Shown here piece after piece: positions 1-11,910 of a DNA stretch of 64,000 nucleotides. The DNA comes from Narcine bancroftii (taxonomy: Eukaryota), in contig NC_091471.1 of the NCBI RefSeq assembly GCF_036971445.1, positions 342,984,001-343,048,000 on the forward strand, given 5' to 3'. The notes under the pieces are model-generated. The model did not search any database. It was not told the DNA's origin and was given only the letters and a program-made list of their open reading frames with translations. Positions within the stretch are counted from its first letter, which is position 1. Each line of letters starts with the position of its first letter. The translations under genes and the position numbers were made by a program.

Positions 1-200
1 AAACTGATTCCGTTTGGACTTACTGAAATAGCACTGAAGGGGAAGGTTATTGGTTACAGGAGAGCACAAGATATGGAGGGATACCTGAACGGGTTGGAAT
101 GAGGTTTTTTTTTGATTGGGAAGTACGTCATGTCTTGTATTTTTTTTCTAAGCCCTTGGGAAGAATTATCATATTCAATGCTGAAGATTGTACGTAACAT
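1..200 (-). mobile_element. L1/Tx1-type LINE ORF2 fragment (degraded)
   Basis: Composition and motifs resemble antisense L1-type ORF2 DNA; no intact ORF. Confidence 0.35.
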
Positions 201-967
201 TCTACAACCTGCCTAGAAGCTGCTGGCCCGCATGGTGACAAGACTAATAGAGCTCCAAGGGCAGATGTTAAATCCTGACATCCAGTATGGCTTATGGGCT
301 CTGCATATCCTCCCTGTGACTGAGTTAGATTCCTCTAACATCCCAAAGATATGTGTTGGGTATAAGCCTGCCGCCTGCTGGACGTCATGACCCCCACATC
401 ATGATGTCACCCTTCCATATATATAACCCTGTATTTCAGTAGCTATATTAGTCTAATAGAAGGAAAGGATGAGAAGGCATCATGTCTCCGAGTCTTAATC
501 ATGTGAGTGCATACACAAAAATATGCAAGTCCGTAGCCTATTTGCCCACTCACCATAAATCTGATATATTGGTGAATGGTAGACTGGGGTGGGGGAAGGG
601 AGGAATGAATGGAGAATAAAATGGGATGAGTGTAGATGGTTGCTAGGGGGCAAAATGATTGTTTCATTGCTGTATAACCACATATCGCAAAAAACACCAT
701 TTTTCACTTCTATATTATTGACTACAGCATTGAAACTTTTGTTATATTTCACCTTCTATCCACTGCAGCTTTTATCAGGAATTCAGTTACTCATATTCTC
801 ACTCAAATGAATTCTTTTCCCCAATCAGCTTTGTATTGATTGAACAGCAAATGCATCTAGTCCACCGACATTTTCCTCATCCTTTTCTTTAAATCCCTCA
901 AAGCCTCACCTTCCCTTCTCTCCACCTTCCTGGCTCTAATGCATTCCTCTGCTCCTTCATCAACCAT

Positions 968-1205
968 GGGCAGCATGGTTGGCTTACAAGTAACATAGTT
1001 GCCTTAGCAGTTCGTGCAATGCCTTTACAGCCCCAGTGATTGGGTTTGAATCTCGCACTTTCTGTAAGATGTTTGTACGTTCTCCCCGTCTCTGCAAGGG
1101 TTTTCTCCCATCTTTCAAAAACATACTGGGGTGTAGCTTAATGGGGTGTAAATTGGGCAGCATGGACTCTTAGGGCTGTTACAGTGCTGTATGCCTAAAT
1201 TTTTT
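968..1205 (+). mobile_element. HE1-like V-SINE
   Basis: tRNA-like head (B-box GGTTTGAATC), V-domain 'tttgtacgttctccccgt', CR1-like tail 'gtgctgtatgcctaaat'; similar copies elsewhere in the window. Confidence 0.85.
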
Positions 1206-2205
1206 TTAAATTAAATGATGCTGCTCTTGCCTTCACCCATCTAGGCTCTGAACTCTGAAATTCTCTCCCAGCACGCTGTTTTGCCCTCCAACCCTGATCC
1301 ACCTTTACATCTCCCTGTCAACCGTTTAATGTCTTGTGGAAAGAAATGTTCGCTCACATCGCCACCTTGGACAGGGAGTCAGAGGTTTTTGTGTTTACAC
1401 TCTTATGAAAGGTTTACTTTCATGCAGATGTTGCATAAATCCAGAATGTTGTCAAATTAATACCTTTTGAAATACTCACTCAGAAATTCAATGCATTAGT
1501 CCAGCTCGATTTAAGGGAAGACTGTTTTAAAATGCTAATGTCAGGATAAGGGAGCTGGTCATGAAGGAAAAAGTAATTAGTTAAGGCTGATCAGCTATAG
1601 AAATGCATTGATTATGTTAAAGCTTCTGATTATTTAACTGCTTGTGTTTATAAGACTTTTTGAGCAACATTCCAGCTTCTCAACTGTTAATAACAGAACT
1701 TCTAATGTAAATAGCCAAACACTTAGTTAATCAAACACAAAAAGCTATCAAAACTTTTAACTTGACCATTGCCTAATGAATATTTTCCAGGAAACAAACA
1801 TAGTTTAATTGCATGATTGGATGATTTGTTTTGTGGTGGATTTATTGAAGAGATGTTGATCAAATGAAGTGCGTACCACTTGCAACAGCTTTCAAAGATT
1901 TTGATCAGCTAGTGACCAAGTATTTTTTCTTCAGTAAGGACAGGCACATTTAGATTTGAAGACTGCACCACAAATCTTCTGGATTGAATTTCCCATGCTC
2001 TCCTCAATAGTTCTTGCCAGTATGGTGGGGCAGCAGCAATAATCAGTTGGCAATTTGCTTTGCCATGTCCTTGCTGATAATTCTGCTCTCTCCTTGCTTG
2101 AATTCCCTCAAACTTCAACTACACAGTCAGCAAATAAGGAAAATTATATTATTGTATTTGTTATTTCTTTTATAATAGTGACACCTTTATGAAATGCTTT
2201 GAGCA

Positions 2206-3730
2206 TTGGGTGATGGAACACCTCCTAGAGACACTGAACCCATTTCAATTTGTCTACAAATGGAACCTTTCCACCGACGATGCTATATATCCTTGTCCTT
2301 CAATTCTGTCTTGACCGTCTTGGAGAACACCTCCTATGCCAGCTTGGCATTTAATACAATCATTCCCCAGAAGCTAGTGGAGAAGCTATCTTCGTTGGGA
2401 CTTAACACCCATCTCTGTAACTGGATTATGGACTTACTAACGGAAAGACTGCAGTCTGTCTGGGTTGGCAGCAGAATGTTAAGACCCATCACGCTGGGCA
2501 ATGGCACACTTCAGTGCTGCGTGCTCAGCCCCCACCTGTGCACACTACAGATTCAGCTCCAACAGAGTCATCAAGTTTGCAGGTGACACAACCGCAGTTG
2601 GCCTCATCAGCAACAAGACTACAGAGAAGAGGTGGAAAAGCTTGTGAAATGGTGTGAGAATAACAATCTGAGTCTTAACATGTACAAGCTAAAGGAGATG
2701 ATCATGGACCTCAGGAGGAGTGAAACCTTTTTGTAATAGAATTAAGGAACTTTTAGAAGTTTTATTTAAATTTAAAATTTCACTTGATCCTGTGGTATTT
2801 TTTATTAGGTCGTATTAAGAAATTGAGTTTGGAATAAATACATCAGTCTCAAATTTCCTTTTTGAGATTGGCATTACCTGTGGCTAGAAAATGTTTGGCA
2901 ATTACTTTGAAAAATGAGACTGATTTGAGTATTCAATGGTGGCACTCGGAAATGAAATCTTGTATTCCATTGGAAAAAAATCATGTATAATTTACGAAAT
3001 AACTACCCTTTCTTTGTTAAAGTTTGGAGCACGTATTTGAGATATATGGGTTTGAATTTGTAGTAGTTTTTTTCCCCCCCACAATTTTGGGGTTGAACTA
3101 AACCATGGCAATAGTTGACAATTGTTATTTAAGTTAATCTCCTCTTCTATCCTTTTTTCTTTCTCTTGGGTAGATTAGAGAGGGGGGCTGCGAGTTAGGG
3201 TTTGGGGGCCGGGGTATAATATGGTAAAAATATTATGTATTTTGATTAATAAATAAAATTTGAATAACAATTTAAAAAACAATGGAGAGAGTGGAGAGCA
3301 TCAATTTTCTTGGAATTCACTTTAGAAGTGACCTATTTTGGACATATAACAGCTCCTCACTTGTCAGTAACTGCCCTTCCTTAGAAGGCTGAGGCGGGCA
3401 AGGTTACCAACCACCATTCTGTCAATTTGTACAGTTGCTGTAGAGCATCAGATTGGAAATCAATCCACACAACCATAAAAACAGCAGAGAGGATTGCTGG
3501 GGTCACCATCTTCCCACCTCCCCCCCCACCCCCTCCCCACCCCACCCCATGGATGAGATTTATCAGGATTGTTGTTTAAAGTGGGCTTGCAAAAAAAATC
3601 AGGGAGGACCCCACCATAGTATCTTCCAGCTACTCTCATCAGGAAAAAGATACAGAAGTATCAGAGCCAGAACTACCAGACTGAGGAACAGCTTCTTCCC
3701 ACGAAGACTGAGATTGCTGAATGACTGCCA
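2206..3730 (+). mobile_element. Rex1/Babar LINE RT fragment, interrupted by an L1 3' end
   Basis: Translation '[34 protein letters not shown]' and C-terminal 'FQLLSSGKRYRSIRARTTRLRNSFFP'; frameshifts and stops. Confidence 0.85.
2722..3279 (+). mobile_element. L1/Tx1-type LINE 3' end nested in Rex1
   Basis: Encodes 'VARKCLAIT..WWHSEMKSCIPLEKIMYNLRNNYPFFVKVWSTYL', followed by 3' UTR, AATAAA and A-rich tail; homologous to 40060-40495. Confidence 0.8.
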
Positions 3731-3739
3731 AAACAACTC

Positions 3740-4830
3740 CAAATCAGAATTTATTGTCATGAACAAGTCATGAAATTTGGTGCTTCCAGCAGTGTCTTAG
3801 AGCAAACATTCACATTGTAACCATCTGACAACATTACTATAAAAAATAAAATAATGTAGCGGGGTCACTTCGGTTATAGCACAAGGTTGAAAGAAGACTC
3901 TCACATCAAGTGAGTGTAATCGACACTGACTTTATTGGGCTGCAGCTGGCTGTGTCGCCACTGGAGCATGGATTGAGCGAGGCTGGCTGCTGATTGGCTG
4001 TCCTGGATGCGTAGGCCTGGATTGGACCCCCTGCGATCTGCTGGCGGTAATTGGTCAATTCAACCGCTATTCCTGTGGCCTATGGGTGCGGGCGTCTCAT
4101 CCTGCATGCTGTTTGCCAGATTGTCATGTTTGCTGTGACGGCCCACGGAGCGGGCTGCAGACCACTACAATAAAATAATAATAACAATACTAGTGGACAA
4201 AAAGTAAGGCAGTGCCTTTGGTTCGTGATTATTCAGGAATCTGATGGCAGCGAGGAGAAGCTGTCCTTGTGCTCGTCTTTAGGCTCCTGTACCTTTTTAC
4301 TGATGGTAGCAGAGTAAAGAGGGCATGGCCTGGGTGGTAGGGGTCTTTGAGGATAGAGGCTGCTTTTTTAAGACACCACCTCATGTAGGGGCCTTCGATA
4401 GAGTGAAGTCTGGTGCCTGTGATGTTGTATGCAGAGTTAAAAATCCTCTGAAATTTATTCTTGTCTTGAGAGTTAGAGATCCATACCAGGCAATGATGCA
4501 ACCAGCCAGAATGCTCTCCACGGTACACTTGACGTTTTCGAGAGTATTCGGTGACATACTGAATTGCTCTTCACTACTGAGCCTTCGATGAGGACTGGCT
4601 CATGTTCCCCTGACTTCCTCCTGAAGTCCACAATCATCTCCTTGGTTATGCTGAAGTTGAGCGCAAGGTTGTTGTCGTTACACCATTCAATGAGCTGATC
4701 TATCTCCCTCCTGTACACTTCCTCATTGCCGTTTGTGATTCTGCCGACAACTGTGGTGCCATCAGCAAACTTGTAGATAGCATTGGAATTGTAGCCAGCC
4801 ACAGTCATGGGTGCCTCATGAGTAGAGCAT
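3740..4830 (-). mobile_element. Rex1/Babar LINE 3' fragment
   Basis: ORFs 4473-4808 (YKFADGTTVVGRIT..WCNDNNLALN) and 4229-4528 (KAASILKDPYHPGHALFTLLPS). Confidence 0.9.
3855..4169 (-). mobile_element. Solo LTR (Gypsy-like) inserted in Rex1 3' UTR
   Basis: TGTAGCGG...CCACTACA termini, 4-bp TSD ATAA (3851-3854 / 4170-4173), AATAAA on minus strand near 3931. Confidence 0.8.
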
Positions 4831-5250
4831 TTGAATTCTCTATGACTCTACTATTTATTAAAAATATTTATTTTAATACATGTTGTGTCATTTGACTGTA
4901 TATATACATATATGTGTGTGTCTGTGTGTGATGTCTGTATGCATGTTTTGCACTGTTCTGTACTGTGGATCAGAGAATAATATTTAATCAGGTTGTAGTG
5001 GGACAATCGGATGACAAAAAAAACTTGAACTAGTCTAAGATTCCCATGGCAACAGGGAAGGGTTTTCATGTTTCTAAAGATCAAGATCTACATTGTTTAT
5101 TACAAAGCAGCCAATTGTACTAGATTCATTTCAGTTAACCTCAGTATTTCTAATCATTTGCAATCTGGTTGCAGGACTGTGAAGATGGAGAGACTGATCG
5201 AGCTTGATACTTCGATTGGGTAGAACATTTGGTTCAACGTTTGAAGCAAT

Positions 5251-5500
5251 AAAAACACAAAACATTGGAGAAACTCAACTGGTCAAACAGTTTCTTTTTA
5301 TATAGCAAAGGTAAAAATACATAACCGATGTTTCAGGCTTGAGCCGACCGACATTCCTCCACACCTTGATGAAGGGCTCAAGCCTGAAACATCGGTTATG
5401 TATTTTTACCTTTGCTACATGAAAAGGAAACTGTTTGACCAGTTGAGTTTCTCCAGCATTATGTGATTTTTACTTCAGCCATGGTGTGTACAGATTTTCA
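5251..5500. mobile_element. Penelope-derived inverted-repeat element (80-bp arms) with hammerhead-like core
   Basis: Arms 5266-5345 and 5375-5455 are reverse complements; TTGATGA-A-GGGC-TCAA-GCCT-GAAAC at 5366-5390; same terminal sequence abuts a Penelope endonuclease remnant at 48978-49410. Confidence 0.8.
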
Positions 5501-5856
5501 TGATTTACTTCCAGCATTTTAAGTGTGGTGTCTGGTGAGTATCAGAGGATTGACAAATGTTCCAAAAAAAGGTTTTCTTCATATGATGGAGGATTCAGGA
5601 ATGGAGAAAATCAGAGTGAATGCTTGTAGGATTAATAAGCAGATTCTACTTGTCATCTTTAAATCTACACTCAAGTTTTCGAGATGTGCAGCATTTTTAC
5701 ATTGATGTGCAGCTCCCTCTTTTGGTAGTAGTGACCACCTTTTAAAATTATGTTGTATTTGCCTCAATTTAAATGTAAATATTCCTTCAGACATTGGAAT
5801 AGTTTATCCACAAGTCTTGAATTTTTCAGAAATGTTGGGAAACAAAATATATTAGG

Positions 5857-6105
5857 TTAGGGTGGTACAGTTAGGCAAATGGTTAGCACAACTACCACTA
5901 GGCCAGCGGCTGGGGTTTGAATCCAGCACTGTTGGTAAGGATTTTTTTAAAATGTTCTCCCCATGGTTTGTATTGGTTTTCTCTGGGTCCTCTGGCTTCC
6001 CCTCACCCTCCAAAACATACAGGGTTGTTAAGTTAATTGGGTGTAATTGAGCAGCACGGGTTTCACAGGCTAGAAGGGCATTCTACCATGCTGTATCATT
6101 AAAAA
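5857..6105 (+). mobile_element. HE1-like V-SINE
   Basis: Head, V-domain and tail as in the other copies. Confidence 0.8.
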
Positions 6106-6480
6106 ATTAAGAATCAGTCCAGATGTAAATTGGTCTTGCTTTCAAACCCCATATGTTCTGGGATTTGGAAGTTGCCTTGTGGAAATAAAATTAAATGCAC
6201 GCTCTTCCGTGCACGCTCTTCAAACACTAGATGAAAACGGAGGGTGGAGAAGCAGCCTTCTTTTTGCAATATTCCAGTTAAGATGAGGTAATGTTTATAC
6301 AGGGTCTCATTTTGCCCATGAACAGTGGACTTCAGACTTGACATTACTCTGGGTGAAACTCCGATGTCAAATCTAAATGATGTGAAATGACCCTGTTTAC
6401 CATTTCTCTATGACTTTTCAGAACCAGAGATAGAAATTGCAAATCTGGTGTCAGATTAAATGGTTTGCACTGAACATAAA

Positions 6481-6703
6481 TGAGATATAACAGATTCTAT
6501 CACCAATGTGTACAGATGGTAGTGTAGGATGACTGTGATTAGCTGAGAGTGTAACCACACCTACTGGCAGGTCTTAAAGGATTGCTCCTCGCCAGACCAG
6601 GTCATTCTGGACTGGTCGAACTACTTGCGATATGCTCCAGTTTTTTAGTTAATAGAAGCCTTGGTTTGGATCAACGTCTTTGGTTCTTTTGATGTGCTTT
6701 ACA
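6481..6703 (+). mobile_element. Short solo LTR
   Basis: TG...CA ends, near-TSD TAAA/TAAC, degenerate polyA signal (AATAGAA) before a U5-like end. Confidence 0.55.
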
Positions 6704-7812
6704 TAACTACACTTTAATAAGGCATGTTAATATTCCCAATCTAAAACATTTCCATATGGAAATTCATTAATCCTCCTGATGCCAGGATGTTGCAAACAGC
6801 AATAGTGTCTCAGTAATATACACTACATGTGTAAATAATAATTTTTACAGTCATTAGGCTGACATTGCTTGGGTCATGTAAAGTGTTTGGGTTCTATTTT
6901 GCAGGGAGTTTTGTCTGCAAGAGTTACCTCATCCTCCGATAGTTGCTCTTGATGCACCGAATGCACGCATGCATGTCTGCAAACTGTTGCTGGAAACAAG
7001 GATCGTGACATATTTATGTCAAAAAGAGAAATGATTGTTTTTAAGAATGACAAAATGTTGAATCCATAGGAAAGAAATATGAAGAGATAATACCAGTATT
7101 TTAATGGTGTTGCCTTCTTCATACATGAGTGCTGTTTAGATATCACACAGCAACTATCTAATAATTAACTTATTGGACAGTGGATAGTGAGATCTTATTA
7201 TAATTAACAAGCACAGTCTAATTACATTATATATTTGGCCTGCAGAGAAATGTAATAATCAGGTTTTTTTTTGCAGCTGTACTTCCTAAAGTATCCCATC
7301 TCTGAATTTGTGAATGGACATCGTACAAGTCAGGTCGAATGAGAATTGGAGACTTAATTATCTCCTGCTGAAGAATGGTGCGTGTACCTTCTCGGAAAGA
7401 AGGTTTCTCGGCTCTTCTGCATGGTTCACGTTGTTCAATAAAGAGGCTGGGTTGTTTGACAACTGCAACCAGATCACAAGCCGAGATTTGCCTCCCGGAG
7501 TTCGATGCACAAAGTACAGGATGCAACAACTTCATTCTTGGCTCTTGACAGTCAAGTGCTCAATAAACTGCCACAATTCATGTTTTATGTCTGTGTCTGG
7601 ACTTTGTTTACTTGTTCAGCTGAATTAGGATCAAGGGAGCAAAAAATGTGCAAGGGCTATTAGGGCCATTGAACTTATTGTTTCAAACAGGCTGGAAATA
7701 AATTCCATTGTTATAAATCTTTTCTGACTTAATCCACTAGGAAATTGCTAAGTGTTCCCAGAAGGAAAAGAAAATGTGGAAACATTCAATAGCTCAGGCA
7801 GCATGTTTGGAA

Positions 7813-7838
7813 AGAGAGAGAGAGAGAGAGAGAGAGAG
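7813..7838. repeat. (AG)n microsatellite inside a degraded Penelope-type inverted repeat (7770-7915)
   Basis: Direct inspection. Confidence 0.85.
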
Positions 7839-8249
7839 TTAATGTTTCTGGCTAAAGACCATCAGAAACATTTTCTATTTTTTTTTATTTTCAGGTTCCA
7901 ACATGTGCAGTTTTTTTTTATATAAACACTTTTTGTCCCTTGTCTCAACTGACTAACTGAATCCTGGAATCACATTCACTGATCAACGAGATTCAGGGTG
8001 GATTTTGAAGGGTAGATTAATATTGGTCCTTTGCAGTTGCATTTTCTGATGAGGTCATTATTTATGGTGAATAGGGGAATAGCTATGAATTCCAATAAAC
8101 ACTTGATTCAAGTTTAGTGCAAGAATATTTTTCTCTGAAATGTGAGAACATGTAGTTTATCAGTCCTGTTGGTTGTAATTGCAGGAGACAGAATGAGGGT
8201 AAAGGGTTTATACTCTGACTGTCAAATAATGAAAAGGTACTATCTAGTA

Positions 8250-8555
8250 CAGGTACACGATCATTTATCCGGAACCCTTGGGGGACAGTGCGTTCTGAAT
8301 TTCGGATTTTTCCAGATTTTGATAAGCCAGATTTAAGCCCACCTGAATTATTCTCCCCCTCTCACCCACCCAACTCGCGCTGCCATTCTCTCCCCTTGCT
8401 TACTCCTCCCCCCAACTCGCACTGTCAGTCTTCCTCCCCCGCCCCCATAGGCAGCCCATCTCCCCCCCCCCCCCCCCCCATGGCAGCCCAATTCGTGCTG
8501 CCATCTCTCTCCCCACTTGCCGGATTTTGGAGCTTTCCAGATTTTAGATGACCTG
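8250..8555. mobile_element. Tc1/mariner-Tigger-like MITE
   Basis: TA|CAGGT...ACCTG|TA termini, repeated 'ggatttt' subterminal motifs, C-rich interior. Confidence 0.75.
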
Positions 8556-9149
8556 TACTCTACACATGAAACTCTGCTTTCCAACCTTCAATGTGCACAA
8601 GTGTGGGTAACGCGAACGAATTAGGTTAGTTTCTTAATGGTGAGAAACCACAAGCTAGAAATAGCAAAAGGAATTTTTGTCCACCATCAAAAAAAGTCAC
8701 TAAAAGCTACTGTGCTAACAAATAAATACAAGTTTAATGGAAGATTGTTTTTTAACAGAAGGAGGCTGGAATTCAAAAGTGTTGGGACCACTTCAGTTGC
8801 ACAGAGCCTTAATTAAGTGATGGAAGAGAGCATTCCCTTCTGGGCAGCAAACTACAGGACTTGGGAGAATTAATGCAGATTAAAACCAAAAAAGGAATAG
8901 ATGTGTCTTGTGTTTAAATTGTTCTTTCTTGAGATTAGGATGTGAGAGATGATAAAGCAAAGAGGTTTTTAATTGTCAAGTTCACCCTGGATCCATATTT
9001 TTCCCTTGAATCATCATCCTTGGTGTCTGCCTGGTCACTCAAGCTTATCAAATCCCAAAGAGAAACTGCCCCTCCAAATCTGTGGGCATCTGAGTAATGT
9101 AGGCTTCAGACAATGTTTGTCAGCTGTTAAAACCATTGAAACAAAAAAA

Positions 9150-11910
9150 CATTAAAACTACCGCCCTGTCGCACTCTCGCCCATCGTCATGAAGAGCTTC
9201 GAGAGGCTTGGCATGGGGCACATCAAGCTTCGGCTGTCCCACTGGACCCCTGCAGTTTGCATGAAGACCCACCCGCTCTACAGATGATGCCATCGCCAAT
9301 GCCCTCCATCTAGCCCTCACCCACCTGGAAAACAAGGACTTGTATGTTTGAATGCTGTTTATTTACTTCAGCTCAGCATTTCGCGCAAACAGAGGAACTA
9401 CTGACATGGCCTTTGCCCTCAGACAGCTCCAAGAAAAGTGCAGAGAACAAAACAAAGGACTCTACATCACCTTTGTTGACCTCACCAAAGCCTTCGACAC
9501 CGTGAGCAGGAAAGGGCTTTGGCAAATACTAGAGCGCATCGGATGCACCCTAAAGTTCCTCAACATGATTATCCAACTGCACGAAAACCAACAAGGTTGG
9601 GTCAGATACAGCAATGAGCTCTCTGAACCCTTCTCCATTAACAATGGCGTGAAGCAAGGCTGTGTTCTCGCACCAACCCTCTTTTCAATCTTCTTCAGCA
9701 TGATGCTGAACCAAGCCATGAAAGACCTCAACAATGAAGACGCTGTTTACATCCGGTACCGCACGGATGGCAGTCTCTTCAATCTGAGGCGCCTGCAAGC
9801 TCACACCAAGACACAAGAGAAACTTGTCCGTGAACTACTCTTTGCAGACAATGCCGCTTTAGTTGCCCATTCAGAGCCAGCTCTTCAGCGCTTGACGTCC
9901 TGTTATGCGGAAACTGCCAAAATGTTTGGCCTGGAAGTCAGCCTGAAGAAAACGGAGGTCCTCCATCAGCCAGCTCCCCACCATGACTACCAGCCCCCCC
10001 ACATCTCCATCGGGCACACAAAACTCAAAACGGTCAACCAGTTTACCTATCTCGGCTGCACCATTTCATCAGATGCAAGGATCGACAACGAGATAGACAA
10101 CAGACTCGCCAAGGCAAATAGCGCCTTTGGAAGACTACACAAAAGAGTCTGGAAAAACAACCAACTGAAAAACCTCACAAAGATCAGCGTGTACAGAGCC
10201 GTTGCCATACCCACACTCCTGTTCGGCTCCGAATCATGGGTCCTCTACCGGCATCACCTACGACTCCTAGAACGCTTCCACCAGCGTTGTCTCCACTCCA
10301 TCCTCAACATTCATTGGAGCGCCTTCATCCCTAACATCAAAGTACTCGAGATGGCAGAGGCCGACTGCATCGAGTCCACGCTGCTGAAGACCCAACTGCG
10401 CTGGGTGGGTCACGTCTCCAGAATGGAGATCGTGTTATATGGTGAGCTCTCCACTGGCCACCGTGACAGAGGTGCACCAAAGAAGAGGTAGAAGGACTGC
10501 CTAAAGAAATCTCTTGGTGCCTGCCACATTGACCACCGCCAGTGGGCTGATATCGCCTCAAACCGTACATCTTGGCGCCTCACAGTTCGGCGGGCAGCAA
10601 CCTCCTTTGAAGAAGACCGCAGAGCCCACCTCACTGACTAAAGACAAAGGAGGAAAAACCCAACACCCAACCCCAACCAACCAATTTTCCCCTGCAACCA
10701 CTGCAACCGTGTCTGCCTGTCCCGCATCGGACTTGTCAGCCACAAACGAGCCTGCAGCTGACATGGACATTTACCCCCTCCATAAATCTTCGTCAGCGAA
10801 GCCAAGCCAAAGAAAAGAAATTTACTTCAGCTCAGCATTCAACACAATCATACCACAGTACCCAATAAGGAAGTTGAGCCTGCTGGGTCTACACACTTCT
10901 CTCTGCAATTGGATTCTCGATTTCTTGTCGGGGAGACCTCAGGCAATCTGGATCGGTAAAAGCATCTCCAAAATCATCACACTGAACACAGGGGTCCCCC
11001 AGGGCTGTGTGCTGAGTCCACTGCTATTCACTCTGCTGACCTACAATGGTTCAGCTAAACACAGCTCAAAACATATCAAGTTCACTGACAACACAACCAT
11101 GGTTGGCCTGATCAGTAAAAATGATGAGTCAGCGTGCAGAGATGAGGTGCAGTCGCTAATGAACTGGTGCAGAGCCAACAACCTGTTTCTGAACATTAAA
11201 AAAAAAACAAAAAGAGATGGTTGTCAACTTCAATAGAGCCTGGGGGGACCACAGTCCACTGACCATTGCTGGCACCACCGTTGAGGTTGTCAAGAGTATC
11301 AAGTTCCTTGGAGTGCCCTTGGCAGAGAACCTCACCTGGTCCCTTAGAACCAGTTCCATAACTCAGAAAGCCTAGAAGCACCTCTGCTTCCTGCAAAGGC
11401 TGAGGAAAGTTCATCCCCCACCCTCCATCCTCACAACATTCTACATAGGATGTATCAAGAGTATCCTGTGCAACTGCAACACCACTTGGTTTGGAAGCTG
11501 TACCACCTTGGACCCCAAAACCCTGCAGATAGTGAAATCAGTAGAAAAGATCATTGGGGGCTCTCATCCTACCACGAAAGACATTTACAACACCCGATGC
11601 AGGCAAAAGGCAATAAACATCGTGAGGGTCTCCACACACCCCTCATGTAAACGGTTCTCCCTTCTGCCATCTGATAGAAGGTACTGCAGCCCTCAGGCCC
11701 TTACATCCAGATTGGGCAACAGCTTTTCCCCCCAAGCAATCAGACTTATGAACTCCTAGAATATTTGGGGATGGGGTACCATGGACTGTTAATGTACTAG
11801 CCTTAATATTTTTAATGTGTTGAATTTCTATTCTAACCTATATGCAAATATGCTCCTGGAGAAACACTATCTCATCTTTACCATGTAAGCATGGTTTGAA
11901 TGATAAATAA
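9150..11910 (+). mobile_element. Rex1/Babar LINE (host of the RTE insertion)
   Basis: 'DPLQFA..RSTDDAIANALHLALTHLENKD..MLFIYFSSAF' resumes after the insertion as '[39 protein letters not shown]'; 3' UTR with AATAAA near 11906. Confidence 0.9.
9381..10819 (+). mobile_element. RTE-clade LINE, 5'-truncated, young; RT ORF2 remnant
   Basis: RT motifs FVDLTKAFD, GVKQGCVLAP, FADN (catalytic D lost), YLG; C-terminal Cys/His motif; GAAA tail; 20-bp TSD ATTTACTTCAGCTCAGCATT at 9361-9380 and 10820-10839; premature TAG at 10489; 18-nt in-frame deletion relative to sister copies. Confidence 0.95.

Noticed and set aside
7227-7628. ORFs on both strands with nearby splice acceptors
   Set aside because: All frames from the minus acceptor at 7619 and the plus acceptor at 7277 close quickly; no recognisable homology
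9352-10491. 379-aa ORF as a host gene
   Set aside because: Truncated RTE RT with a broken catalytic motif, premature stop and TSD; the N-terminus comes from the host Rex1
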